From assembly GCF_031769215.1 (NCBI RefSeq), contig NW_026782138.1, positions 434,001 through 498,000 on the forward strand: DNA of 64,000 bases, given 5' to 3'. The stretch comes from Ylistrum balloti. Lineage: Eukaryota. The first letter of the stretch is position 1. The number at the start of each line of letters is the position of its first letter. The translations under genes and the position numbers were made by a program. This document shows, in pieces, positions 37,968 to 50,800 of this stretch. The notes beneath the pieces are model-generated. The model did no database searches. It saw nothing but the letters and a program-made list of their open reading frames with translations, and had not been told where the DNA came from.

Positions 37968-38664
37968 AAGTTAATTACATCTGGATATTGTGGGGCCCAT
38001 TGAAGGGGTAATCGAATAACCGAAATCCTATTCGTCAAATCTTTGCAATCTACATGTCTTCATTAGGTTAAGTTCGGTTTTGATTATTTATAGTGTAATT
38101 GTTGAAACAACACAATATACCAGAAGCTACATTACAACATCAGAGTAATAGTTTTGTCTCAACTACTATATAAAGTATTTTCATGTTAGATATACCTGGG
38201 AAGATTGAGTCCCTCTGACTCTGATACAGTCAAAATTGAATAACCTCGTACACCCTTTTCACGTTTTTGACATTTTCTTTATATTCTCGACGTTTGCATT
38301 TACATTTCGAAAAACGCCGAAATAACACTTAGCAATGTTTCTCTCATCCTATTTACTCAAAACTGTTCAATCAAACGTAACCAACACTCTCGAAATTACT
38401 TTCAAATTACACTTTTTTTGCATACTTTTAATTGTTGAAGCCGTCGATATTTATGAAAAAAATCAGATGACCATCATGCGGAAGGCCTGCCGCGTACTAT
38501 CCACAGTAACCAAGTTAAAGGCTACACTCAGGAAGCTAACATTACGGACAATCTTGTGGTGTCGTAGTTGTGTCCTTAGGCAAGCCAATTAACAACCGGT
38601 TTGTTTATCTCAATTCTTCATCAGACACTATTAGAATGGTAAAACATCCTATATATCTTTCACA

Positions 38665-38940
38665 TATTGTGACATTTCGAAAACGTTTGATCGTGTGTGG
38701 CACAAGGGCCTGGAGGTGAAACTAACAAACCATGGTGTAAGTGGGAAACTTTAAAATTTTGTTTGTTAAGAAAATAGCAAGTATTGGTAGATGATACTAA
38801 ACATTCTCTTCAAACTTTTAATCACGGCCTGTGTTCGTCAAGGTTTTGTCATAGGTCCTGTATTATTTACATTATGTATCAGTGACATACAAGTATCTCA
38901 TAATTTACCGAGCCTCTCAAAACTACTTGCAGATGACACA
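38665..38940 (+). mobile_element. Degenerate LINE reverse-transcriptase fragment
   Basis: Broken frames read CDISKTFDRVWHKGL..KL..HGVSGKL, CVRQGFVIGPVLF and LLADDT (equivalent to DxSKAFD, GVPQGSVLGP and FADD). Confidence 0.75.
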
Positions 38941-39921
38941 TATTTATTATATTTTTATCCATCTTCTTACACTTAGAACAGATTCAAAATTATTATCCAT
39001 TCTTGGCACTCATCAGATGTCACGGCTTATCGAAATACCATACTGTACTGACAGAGTGAAACTAAGGGCAGTAACTCTAAGAGATCAGAATGCTTGTAAT
39101 TATGAATTCGGCCATGCGGTACTTATGAAGGTAAAATGTGTAGGCACATGAGAGTTCAAGTGGACAGAAGTTGCTAATGAGTAAATCATCATATAGAGTA
39201 TTCAAACTTTATGTCGTTCCATTGTTGTTGTCAGGTATGAGATGGGCTCAGTGGATGGGAACCACTTTTGATCTAGGAGACACTTCTTTACCTAACAGTT
39301 CACCAATTTAACCTTCGGCATGCCAACAGTTATCCAATACCTAATTACCGTTTGCGACTCATAGGTAAGTCCTTCTTTCCCTCTACAGAGTATGGACAGA
39401 GTAAGGAACGGGTCTAGCACACGAAATCAAGATTTATTTCATGCTAATTCGATTAATTATAGACATCCTGTTGAAGATATATCCCCCCTCCCCTGTAACA
39501 ATTACACTGACCAAAGTTTTAACTGACGAGATAAATGATTTCATACCGTTGAACCTGTAATCCAATCCACCCTTCAGTTTATTACAAATACTGATTGATT
39601 ACTTTCTCTCTTCAGTTCCACATATGTTTCTCTCTTCTATCATACTAAGACTGACAGTTAATATATTAAATTACAAGTAATGTATACATTGAAAAAAAAA
39701 ATCTGAATTCTGGGTTTTTTTTCCTGGTTCGGGCGGTAATTGTGTGTGATATGTGTTATACCAGGATGGATTTCATGACACTGGATGTGATAGATTTTGA
39801 TAACTTGAAATGTTATGAATAGTGGTTAGTTTCAACAATGGTGATTGTGACTTGATTCGGGGTAGACAATATGAAATTCATATACTTTTTGGTTAACTTA
39901 AAAGTTTTGATATTTGTAACT

Positions 39922-40049
39922 NNNNNNNNNNNNNNNNNNNNNNNNNNNNNNNNNNNNNNNNNNNNNNNNNNNNNNNNNNNNNNNNNNNNNNNNNNNNNNN
40001 NNNNNNNNNNNNNNNNNNNNNNNNNNNNNNNNNNNNNNNNNNNNNNNNN
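39922..40049. other. Assembly gap (128 N)
   Basis: Run of n characters. Confidence 1.
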
Positions 40050-41849
40050 ACAGTATATGTGTGTGTATGCTGTATTTTATTTAAACAGTCCATCTTGTTT
40101 TATTTATATTGTAAAATATTGACGAGAAAGGGGCTTATTGAGATTCGATATCTTGTTGGTGATCCTAATAGTATATCAGATGTCACATTAGTTTTCACAT
40201 TGTCAGCCCCCAAAGTCTGTTCAGCTTACCACTGTACCTACTCTGTACTGACAGAATGAAACGAATGACAGTAAATCTGGGAGATCAACACGTGGTTTGG
40301 GGACAAATGCTGTTATTTTTAACAGTTATAGAATAATTAACCACGATAGACTTCCTGAGTTTCGGGTCGAGCAGAATTAATTGTTTGCATCGTCAAATTG
40401 TAAAAATTCGGCGATGATTTTGAAAATTGAAATAAAAATTAGATCAAATAAGATGATACCTGTATTACCATCAGACATATTGACTACATCAGTGATTACC
40501 TTCGTAAACACCCAAGGGATATTTTACTTTTCGACAATATAATTATTTGAGATCACATGCATTGTTTTTGTATATGCTTCGTGTTGCCTAGATTCATGCC
40601 AAGCTCCTATAACAGAAATCAACCAAATACATATGCACTTTTTATTGCACGTGCTTTGCATTTAAAACGAAGGTGGGTGCGTGTTGTTCAGGGTCACGTG
40701 ACACCATACAAACCAGTCGATAAAATTGACTTTCGTCCAGTTTTGACGTGCTGTTCGGTCGATCGGAACAAAGTAGATAGAGAGGCAATGCCTGTCTCTG
40801 CCTTGAACTGTCACTTCTACGTAAGTACTACTGGGATGTTACTAAAATACAGAGGTTATTTATACATAGATATATAACATAAGACATATGATTATTATTT
40901 TAACTCAAAGTGAAATCAAAAGTTAAACCAGCATCTTCCAGTCACCTCCTAGGTCCCAACGTTATACAGACCGTTAGCACTTACGTGAGTTGTAGAAGGA
41001 CGAAACGTCTATATGGTACAGTTTGTAAGGAATATTGACACTTTTTAGTATTAACAAATATACGTTTTTAGTGGTAAAATATCATGTGGTATGATGTCAT
41101 GACTCCATTCTGAATTATTTGAATACTGATAAGACAATCACTGTCGTTTTATTACATCGGATCTTTCTTCTTCAGTAATACTGTGGAGATTTCACAAGTA
41201 ACGTCATTTTGATTAATATCATACATGTCCAGTACCATCTTCCTCTCGAACCCTACACTATAGCTATAAAGACACGTTATATGTGATAACTATATTGAGC
41301 TCTATTTCCAAAATTTGTAGATTTTTTTTAATATGAAAAATTCAATAGTGATGTAGGCAACGGCAAACCTACAATAAAATGTTTGTTTTTTGTAAAAAAA
41401 AAATACAACAAAAACAGATACGTTTACGTGTGGTTTCAAGTGGCCAAATTGACCGTAAATTGCAACACTGTTAAAATAGAAGCAGCAAGGGTCAGTATAC
41501 ACCTGTAATAAGTTCTCAGGCCCCTGTGTTTTGGACAAGGTAAATGGCGATCTGGAACTAATTAAGATTATCTAGAAATTAACAAATCGGCGTACCGACT
41601 AAATAGGGAAAGGCTCTTGTTATCCAATTCTTTAATAAAGTTAACAGAGAGAAACTCGGAACAACTACAGACTGACCAGCCCAACGTTAATGACATAAAA
41701 AAACTGCAACGACTTACAGAGATGAAATATTTAAACACAATTTAAACACAAGGATGACAGCGAGTGGCTTGTTTTACACCAAAACTTTTTCAGACCTGAC
41801 GGAACACAGTTCATGTTTCTCGCTGGGGACGTTTGATGTAGATGTTGTG

Positions 41850-42050
41850 AACAGCGTATCTAGACTTTGACAAACTTTCCCCTGTCGGTTCCTGATACCT
41901 AAACTGGACAAACATAGTATGGAGGAGAAATTATCAGCTGGATTAAAGAAATTATTCAATGTCAAACAGTTACCTGTTAGTAGTGAACTCTCTAGGCCCT
42001 GTCATCGCTCTCTAACTGTTCCTGATATTTTTGAATGATGTATTATGTGT
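41850..42050 (+). mobile_element. Highly decayed LINE RT fragment
   Basis: Frame-hopping remnants YLDFDK, KL, SWIKE, LGPV and LFLIFLND occur in RT order. Confidence 0.4.
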
Positions 42051-43014
42051 AAAATAGCACCACAAAAAGCTCTGTGAAGCTTGACGTGTTGGCTAGAATC
42101 TCAACAGAACATAATAAAAAATATGTAAAAATCGTCGACAATAGAATATGTGCATATAAATATATCAACATGACAAATGAATATAACCGGAAAAAGCTGT
42201 ATTTCTGTTTTCGAATACTGTAAATTTGATAAAAGTACAAACTGACATTTGCAGTTTTTTTTCTTTTGCACCAGAGGTCATGATTTTGTATGTCACCGGT
42301 CTGAATGATCCATGTAAACCTGTGACAATCTGGGCAGGAATTTTAAATGCGCATTCTCCTGCAGTTATAGACCGTTTCTATTACTTATTATATTACTTTT
42401 ATTATTTTTATCAAATTATCTTTATCATTGCTTTCGCTAGGATTCTAACTTGGAACCTCTGGTTTACTGCTATATCAACATCAGGCGAAATTGAAACCCT
42501 TGTTTGGTGTATGTTCACTATGAAGTTTATATCTTAGGAAGAAGATTGTCGTTGAAATCTGCATCTTAGATCTTAAATACACCATATTTAGTTTATAGTA
42601 AATCATTATAAAAGTGTTGTTCTATCCACAATGCGAAAGTATTTGCCTGAGTGAAAGCAGAGACATATGTGACATATACGTCTTTGGTGAAAGTCAGAAA
42701 AAGCAAACATGTCGGTCACCGTACATAATCTCTATCCATAGTTGTCTAAGGCGACTCAAAAGTCCAAAAGTACCTATTACAGTACCGGACATATATAGTA
42801 CTGCTACAGCAAGCATAACAGTTAGGCTTAAAAAGTGGTCAAAGCAATCTTTATTAAGAAAGAAAAATGAGCACGACGATTTTTCCATTTTGAGGGATTT
42901 CGGGTTTCGATTTAAAAAAAAACGCACACTCACAAATATAATTTAATTGTTTTATCCGGAAAAAATAGTTATGAATAATACGCCAATAATTTTGACAAGA
43001 ATCAACGATAGGCT

Positions 43015-43524
43015 AACCGGAAGTTAAATTCTGCAGTAACCGGAAGTATTGATACAGTTGGGATAAAACTGCAAATTCGGAAATTGTATGCAGAATGGTA
43101 GATTGAGTGGAGCACCGAAGCAACGCTAAGCAAGAAAGGGGGGAAATGCTCAGCCATTGACAATATTTTGATGGTACGCTAAACTGCAAGAGAACCAACG
43201 ACAGGAATGAGACTGTGAACAGGATCAGGCCTAGGCTTGCACATTTTTAAAAAAAAAATAGGCGGAACCTTGGAAACATTTTTCAAAAATATAAGTTAAA
43301 AAGTTAGTTTTCCTAGATTAAATTTTCCATGTGCAATATTGTTAGCTAATCGAATATATATTTATGTATTTAAACGAATCTACGGAAGCGTGTAAAAGTT
43401 TAGAGCGTCTTGTTTAGGTGTTATCTTAGCTTCGACATGGCGGCCATTTTGCCCTATGGATAATGGGTATTTTACAGTAAACATGCACATCTCAACAACT
43501 GCCTTATATCTACCAGACCTTTGG
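43015..43524 (+). promoter_or_regulatory. PRDM4 promoter and probable non-coding first exon
   Basis: AACCGGAAGT (ETS/GABP-type) twice, at 43015 and 43038; ACATGGCGGCCATTTTG (YY1-type) at 43435-43451; TGG|GTAAGC donor at 43525; matching acceptor TTTCTTGCAG| at 44750. Confidence 0.55.
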
Positions 43525-44837
43525 GTAAGCTGATCATTTGGGACAAAAAGAAACTATTTCTTTGGATTGAAAGCCATTTACTGACCTGTACACATGTTTT
43601 AAAAAGATTCTACAAACTACCACGTGTTTCAAACTTGGTAAAGAGTTCCGTGTTACCAGTCGAAAGTCCGTTGGAAAGCTAAACTTGGATGCATAATTCT
43701 TTAGATCGATGTATACTTTATCAATACTTCGTAATTAAAAGAATTGACTAAATCATTACCAATCTTTCAGACGCCTTTAACTTTAACTTTTTGCAGAAGA
43801 GGAAGTGTCCCATCATCCGGTCAATTCAGATTTAATCTTTGATGTCTCTATTTAACATGATAAATCACTAATGTTTTACTATGAGTTTACTTTCTTAATT
43901 GACATTGCAAACCTGTATAGAATCAATGCAATTGGTTTGCCCAATTTCCAAAAATGATGAAATTTAATTGTAGTTCAGACTGTTTTTAACAACAAAACAT
44001 TATTATTTTGAATTACTTCTGTAATCAATGATATCAGGTGTAAGGTTAATACAAGTCATTCTATGCCCAGTTATACAATTCCAACAGCAGCTCCAATTAC
44101 TGACTAGTAATCATGAAGATAATTTACCAACTAACTGCCATTAAAAATTAATCTAGTTTCGATACTTCATTACACTGTATTACTACCTAATGATGTAAAG
44201 TTTGGCTAGACTGATGAGATTTGATAACTATGCAGTTTGGCCACAGACTTCCTTCACCCATTTCTCAATTACAGTATCAGTTTTGTCTGGTTGTTATTAG
44301 TAATATCACTGATTGAGAAGTGTACAGGTACCCAGTTACCAGCATGGCTTTTTTATGCGTATGAAAGCTGTTAACAAAAATCAAGACATGAAAGCCGCCT
44401 TCTCGAGGATGATTTAGATTTGGCAGTTTAGAATTCACTATGCCGTATTGAAGTATATTGTGATGTTTTGTGACAACTTCATATCTATAAGTTTTACCTT
44501 TAACCCATATCAAGATGAAATAATCCATTCAAACTGACCTATCGATGTCAAGGTAACAAAATTGATATGAAGAAAATTTAAACATGACCAGAAAATTATC
44601 AACTACACAAAATTGTGTTTTTTAAGTTTGTCTTTCCGACGTTGAGATTGGAGACTTGCATAAAACCTCTACATAAATAAATTACCAGCAGACATGCTTG
44701 GTATTCAAAATATCACTGATAATTTTAACACGCTTGATTATTTCTTGCAGTTTATTCTATGACGTCGCTGAAATGCTTTGATGTGAAATTTCAACTGTCT
44801 ACATTTTTAACTTGTGGTACCAAAGTCAAGCTTGGCC

Positions 44838-47800
44838 ATGACTTCACCAAACTCTGAATCTAACCCACTGGACATGTCTGGTAAGTATATATCAAAGATA
44901 TTCATTTTGGAAGGAAAGTTATGATACATTGCTAATGATTTCAATTGATCAAAAAGAGTAAATGGGGTATAGTAAAAATTGTTGAAGCATCGTAAAAACA
45001 GTATTGTGAACATGTACATACTAAGCTTTACTCTTGCTTTTAGTTGTGTGTACCATAATTAGCTAAATTTAATGGATTTGGGCATGCTTTGCATAGTTAA
45101 ATATAGCTATTAAAGTGGAATAATACTAAAATAGTGTAATCAGGACTTCTTATCCTCTCTGTATTAGATTTTAGTCTATATGATGAGATGACCATTAAAT
45201 GAAAGTCTGGTCACCTCATGTCCAAGATACAGGAATATAAATCTATGCTGTGTATTTAGTGAAATGAATTTTGCCACCCTTGTCACATGTCTTCATGATT
45301 TAACATTGCATGCATGTGTTTTGACTCCATTTTCAAGGGAAGTAAGGTTTTATTCCCTGATGTCTGAGGAAACCCAAGCTGAGTCTGTAAACTTGTATAT
45401 AAGATATGGGTATGATGTAGAGACCTGAACCCAAACAATAGAAATTGGATGATAGAATAGCCAATCATTTTACATCTACTTGTTGTGTATGGTCAGTGTA
45501 GTCATACATATAAATGTATTAGTTTCCATCATGACTCTACATTGTGGTGTAGGTGTTGTCATTTCCAGATAACCACCTCCTCTGGACTTTGCTTTCCAAA
45601 AGCATAATCACCCATCTACTGACATATATATATAGTTTGTTATAAATAACATGTAAAACTTTCTATTTTAGCCCCAGGAGGGCAGATTTCTGCCTCATTG
45701 ACTCTTCCACAGGGAATGGGGCTCCAGACTATGCCGATAATGTTGTCAGTCAGCCTTCCTGAAAAGGACAAAGGAGATAACAAAATGGGTATATAAATAC
45801 ATATTTTTTGACACTTGTAAAAGCTCTTTTTTAATATGTCCAACTTATAGACACTTGATGAAAGGAATTTTTCAGTTACCCTTGACAGGAAATCATCATT
45901 TTTTCCCGGTGTGAGATTTACTTTTCTCACCCCAGGTTTGAGACCGCTATACATGCTCTTTGCACATTCTGAAAACGGCTTAAGTGACGTTACCTGAAAG
46001 TGGAACTACTTTTATGTAGTCACAATTACTCTAGTTGGTCTGCTACTGAAGTCTTGTATTATCCTCAAAACTGAAAATCCTGTGTTATCAAGATTGAAAT
46101 TTATTTATATCAAACATAAATATGTTAAAATAAGAGTATTTTTGATTTGGTGTCTTATTGTCAAGTATAACAGAATTAGTTTTTGTGTAAGATTAAATCA
46201 CAATGCTTTAAGTGTATTGAGCTGTGAACCTTGTCACTATTCATTAGCCATCCACATGTTTTTGTTTGAAGTTCATCTTACACTGGGACATGGAAAACAG
46301 TGTAAAAAGAAAATAATCATTCACTCCCTTTAGGATGAGATAGAGGGATTCCAACCCTAGGGGGGAGATTATGAAGCTATCAAACACTCAACAAATCTTG
46401 TGTTTGACAACTTAATAATCTTCTCCCTCGGGCGGAGATTTCCTAAAGGGGGTGAACGATTCTATTATTCTCTTCTGATAGAAAGTCCTATCATTAAAGG
46501 TGTTTGGTTGATGAGTTGTATATGTGTAAACCTTAACTTGAATGCAGTTGTAAATTTAATTCTTTTTTATATTTCTATCTATCAGACCATAAATTTCAAT
46601 GTGGAAAAAACCCCACTTCAACACTTTACTAAAAAATTTTGCTTATGCAGTACAGCAGTTGACAAATTCTCAAGTTGTACCAGAGGCACATACACATTGC
46701 TGTATTTTACTATTTCATTTCATGTATTGTTTGGAGAAATATGTGGTTGTTGTATCATATTTTTGTAACATCATTTAGGTGTTTTGCCCCCTGTACTGCA
46801 GTTAATCCAGCAGAGTGGATTACAAACGCTATCGCAGATCTTTCCACAAGCTGCACCACCTCTGACTAATTCCTCTCAAGCCACGTCTATCCAGGATTAT
46901 ACTACACCCAGTCCAGCCCATCCTAATGTGGAGACAGACTTGTCAGAAGCCTCACTAAAACCACCAGCCAAACCTGCATTTGATCTGTCATCCTTCCTCA
47001 AACTACAAAATCCAAATGATTTAGTGTCAATTCAGAATCGAATATCCCTTGCTAACAATTCGCTCAATAGCCTTGCTAATGTAGTACAAGAGTCAACCAA
47101 TTCCCAAGTGTTACCACAGACACAGACTCTGACCAGTGCCACTGAACAGGGCAGTGATAACAGACAGAATGATGTTGTTCATCCGTCATCTTCACTTTCC
47201 TCCTCTGAGGCACCTGCAGTTCTACAAAACCTGTCTGTACATGATGCAATAGCAGTTCATCTTGGTGGTAATGAGTTTACTAGGCCTGACCTCATAAGCC
47301 CACATCTGGAAGCCCTAGTGTCTAATGCTACATTCATCCAGCAGTGTGGCAATCAGGACCTGGCCAGTGGTCAGTATGCAACCAATGCAGCCCCTCAACT
47401 CACCATTCATCAGTCAGCTGATGCCCTTCAGACGCATGGACAACATGCAGGAGAACCTCTGATGTCTGTAGGTGATCAGTGCCAAATGCCTTCTGATTTA
47501 CAAAGCTCAACATTGCAGTCCAACATTCAGAACCAGATGTTGTGTTCAAGCACAGCTCTGGGCCATCAAACAGATGGGACAGAGTTGTCCTCTCAACATG
47601 TAGAGACATCACAGTTGACACAGAACCACATGGAGGACATTAGTCTCAACACTCAGCAGAAGTGTAATGATGTAGCCATTGGAAATGAGATGACAGTAGG
47701 TAAATATCTGATGAAGTTCCTGGTGATTCCCTGAAAATTACTTCAGAGTGATAGCATTTAAGATTCTTTTTTTTTTTTTTTAACTTTTAATATATTTGTG

Positions 47801-50800
47801 CTGTGATATCACATTTGATTTTGTTTAAAACCCTTTTTTCTAGAAAATGATGACAAATTCGGCAATTTGGTTTGTAAAAAATTAAAATTGTCAATTTTGT
47901 GTGCAGATACATACTTTAGTTTGGTTCCCAAGTATGTAGAAACATGTCTTTGGAATGTTTGGCTTATCCTCATTGCGTCTGCTTCATAGTGGTGTTAAGA
48001 GTGAACATGGGAATGATCACTTTTTATTGATGAAATTATTGAAATACTGCAGCTGTTGGTATTGTATCTATTGTAGTTGGCTATAACCCCCAGGATTACT
48101 TGCAAATGCAGACAAGCTTGGCAACAGCAGCTGCTTATATACCTATCCGAGAAGACCTGGCCAATCAGGACCCTTCAACAGTTGCAGCCAGCTTAGCCAG
48201 TCAGATTGAAGCCATTTCCAGTGCTATCAATAACCAGAGTGGGCTCATACAACTACCAACCGCAGGACCCAATCCTCAATGTCCCAGTCATTGTAAGTCA
48301 AGTTTATGATACAATATAATGCTATATGGTGCTTTCACTTTAAAATTTTTGAAATAAATGACACATTATGCAAAGTAATACTTAAAAAATCTCTGTTTCT
48401 TCAGTTTTGAACTTGAAAAATATTACAAAATGAATCTGCTCCCAAATATTATGTTTAAAGCTTTTTTTTCTATATTAGTTTTTACAAGCTGCCCCTTTTG
48501 CAGATTTCTGTAAATGTGTTGTTGAGGAAAGCATGACTCCTCTTACAAACAAGATAATCCAATACCCCATTTGCTCGGCAGTGTACAGAGTCTTTCAGCC
48601 AAAAGATTTTATATTTTTCATATTTAAGAGAAATTGCTATTTTATGCCATGTTATCAAAAGACATTTGTAAATATGTCTACTTCATACAGCTATTACTTG
48701 TTTTATGACTGTTGTTGCAGTGGTAGATCTGGTGCTGAAGTTAGCAGGGAAGCGGGATGCAAATGTGCAACGAGAAACTCCTCCTGTAGCTGTCAGCATC
48801 CCTGTAGAACCAGTGATAGGGGCTGGCCTGGCAATCCCAGAGGTCTTTGTTTCCTGTAAGTCTAATAGATGTGGAGACTTGAAATTACATTACCTGTCAA
48901 ATGGAAATAAAGCTTTGGGGTGTTTAGGAGGATGTTTTCAGAGTAGGGTATAGGACCTGTGATTAAAATCAGTGTGTGAAGGACTTGATTGGGGAAAAAA
49001 GACAGTCTGAAACCTCAATTTTGTTATGAGAAATGCAGATCATCTTCAAAATGGTAAACTTTACATAAACCGACATGTTTTGTGTAGTAGTGAGTGTAGT
49101 TGAAAAGATTAAAAAAGTGCACTTGGGATACAAATTATGAAAAAATGGACCAAATAATACAAAAATGTAGGTGAAAGTTCCATGTTTTGATGTCTTTCAG
49201 CAATGCTTGATTGAAAACAATTTTATATGTAACAACATCAGTCAAAGATGTCTGCTTATTAACTTAGTGTATATTTGAGATGAACTTTTTTGAATGTGTT
49301 GTAGTCTGTGTGGGATGTAATTCAGCATCAGAGGCTAACCCTTGTCTGATCCATGACACAGAGTACACTGCCATCGCAGATAGTCCTATACCCACCAGAG
49401 CACGGGCATCGCTCCCAACATGTTTCTACCTGAAACCTTCAGAGACAATACTTCAGAATGTTATAGGTGAGTAGAGCCAAGGTATAGATTTCAAGCTGTC
49501 TCTACCTGGCAATATTTCAGAATGTTATAAAAAAAAGTAGCACCCAGGTATTTCTACCAACAAAACCTGGGTATTGCTCCCAACTGTTTCTGCCTGAAAT
49601 CTTCAGATACAGTACTTCAGAATGCTGTAGGTGAGCACAGCCCAGATATAGGTTCCAAGCTGTTTCTACCTGAGACATTCTGAAGAAGTTCTTCCAGGAC
49701 CTTGGTATCATTGCCTAATTCTCTCTACCTGAAATTTTTAGAGACAATACTTCAGAAGAATGTTTTAGTTAAGCTAGCAGAGCGAGGCATTGCTTCCAAT
49801 CTGTCTATACCTGAACTATTCCGAGACAATATTCAGAATGTTGTCGGTCAGGAGATGCTGAGCATGGCTTCCAATCTTTCTCTACTTGAAATTTATAAAG
49901 ATAATACTCAAGAATGTTATAAATGGAGCAGGTTTCACTACCAACTTGTCTGCTTGAAAACTTCAGACAATACTTACTAATGTTATAGACAAGTGGAGTA
50001 CAGGTATCGCTACTAACCTGTCTTGACCTGAAATCTTCAGAGGCAATGATAGGGGTTTGAACTCAATCCATATTTAAATGCTCGTTGGTAATTGAGTAAA
50101 TCACTGCCATTGTTATGAAATTTATTGAATTGTAATGGATTATTACTAGGTTTCCAAATTCACACCCTTAGCATCACTAAGTCGCAGTAGGACCAAAAAG
50201 CTTTATGATGCAGTTAAATTCATAATTTGGCTGTACTATCTTTAATTCAAAATTGGTATAGGAAGATGCTATTCACTTGTGCGTCTTTTGTACAATCATT
50301 GAGAAAAATAAATTTTGCAGACTTAGTGATGTGATGCAGGTGCTTTTATTCAGGTTAGAACAGATATATTATAGCACATCAAACAAAATCCTACCATTTC
50401 TAACCTGGCCTCCGTCTTTGTAGTATTTAATGTGTGCTTGTTCAGAGATGTTTAAAAATAATTTTATTTCAGGTGTTTGGTCAAAGGTGGCACTAAAAGC
50501 CAAAAGCAAATTTGGGCCTCTGGTGGGAAAAGTGAGCTCCTCTGCTCCTGGTGAATCCAAGCTTGGTTCTCTTCCAGAGTTTAAGGTGATCAGCAAACAC
50601 AACCATTGTCATATCAAAATTATTGATGTAGTTATATTTTCTCAATGGTGTAATTTTGATGTTTCATTATATAGCGACATGTAAGCTATGTATGTCACCT
50701 GGCTTGACTTGTGGGTCCTAAATCCTTACACGATCATGTGGTCTTTATTGAAAAGGTAAACAAGATTGTTATCAGGTAGAATTCTAGCCTTCATCATTAG

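Noticed and set aside
39010-40290. Two diverged copies of TCAGATGTCAC..CTGTACTGACAGARTGAAAC on either side of the gap
   Set aside because: Short and diverged; likely a common dispersed repeat, and interpretation is blocked by the N gap. ORFs crossing the Ns are artefacts.
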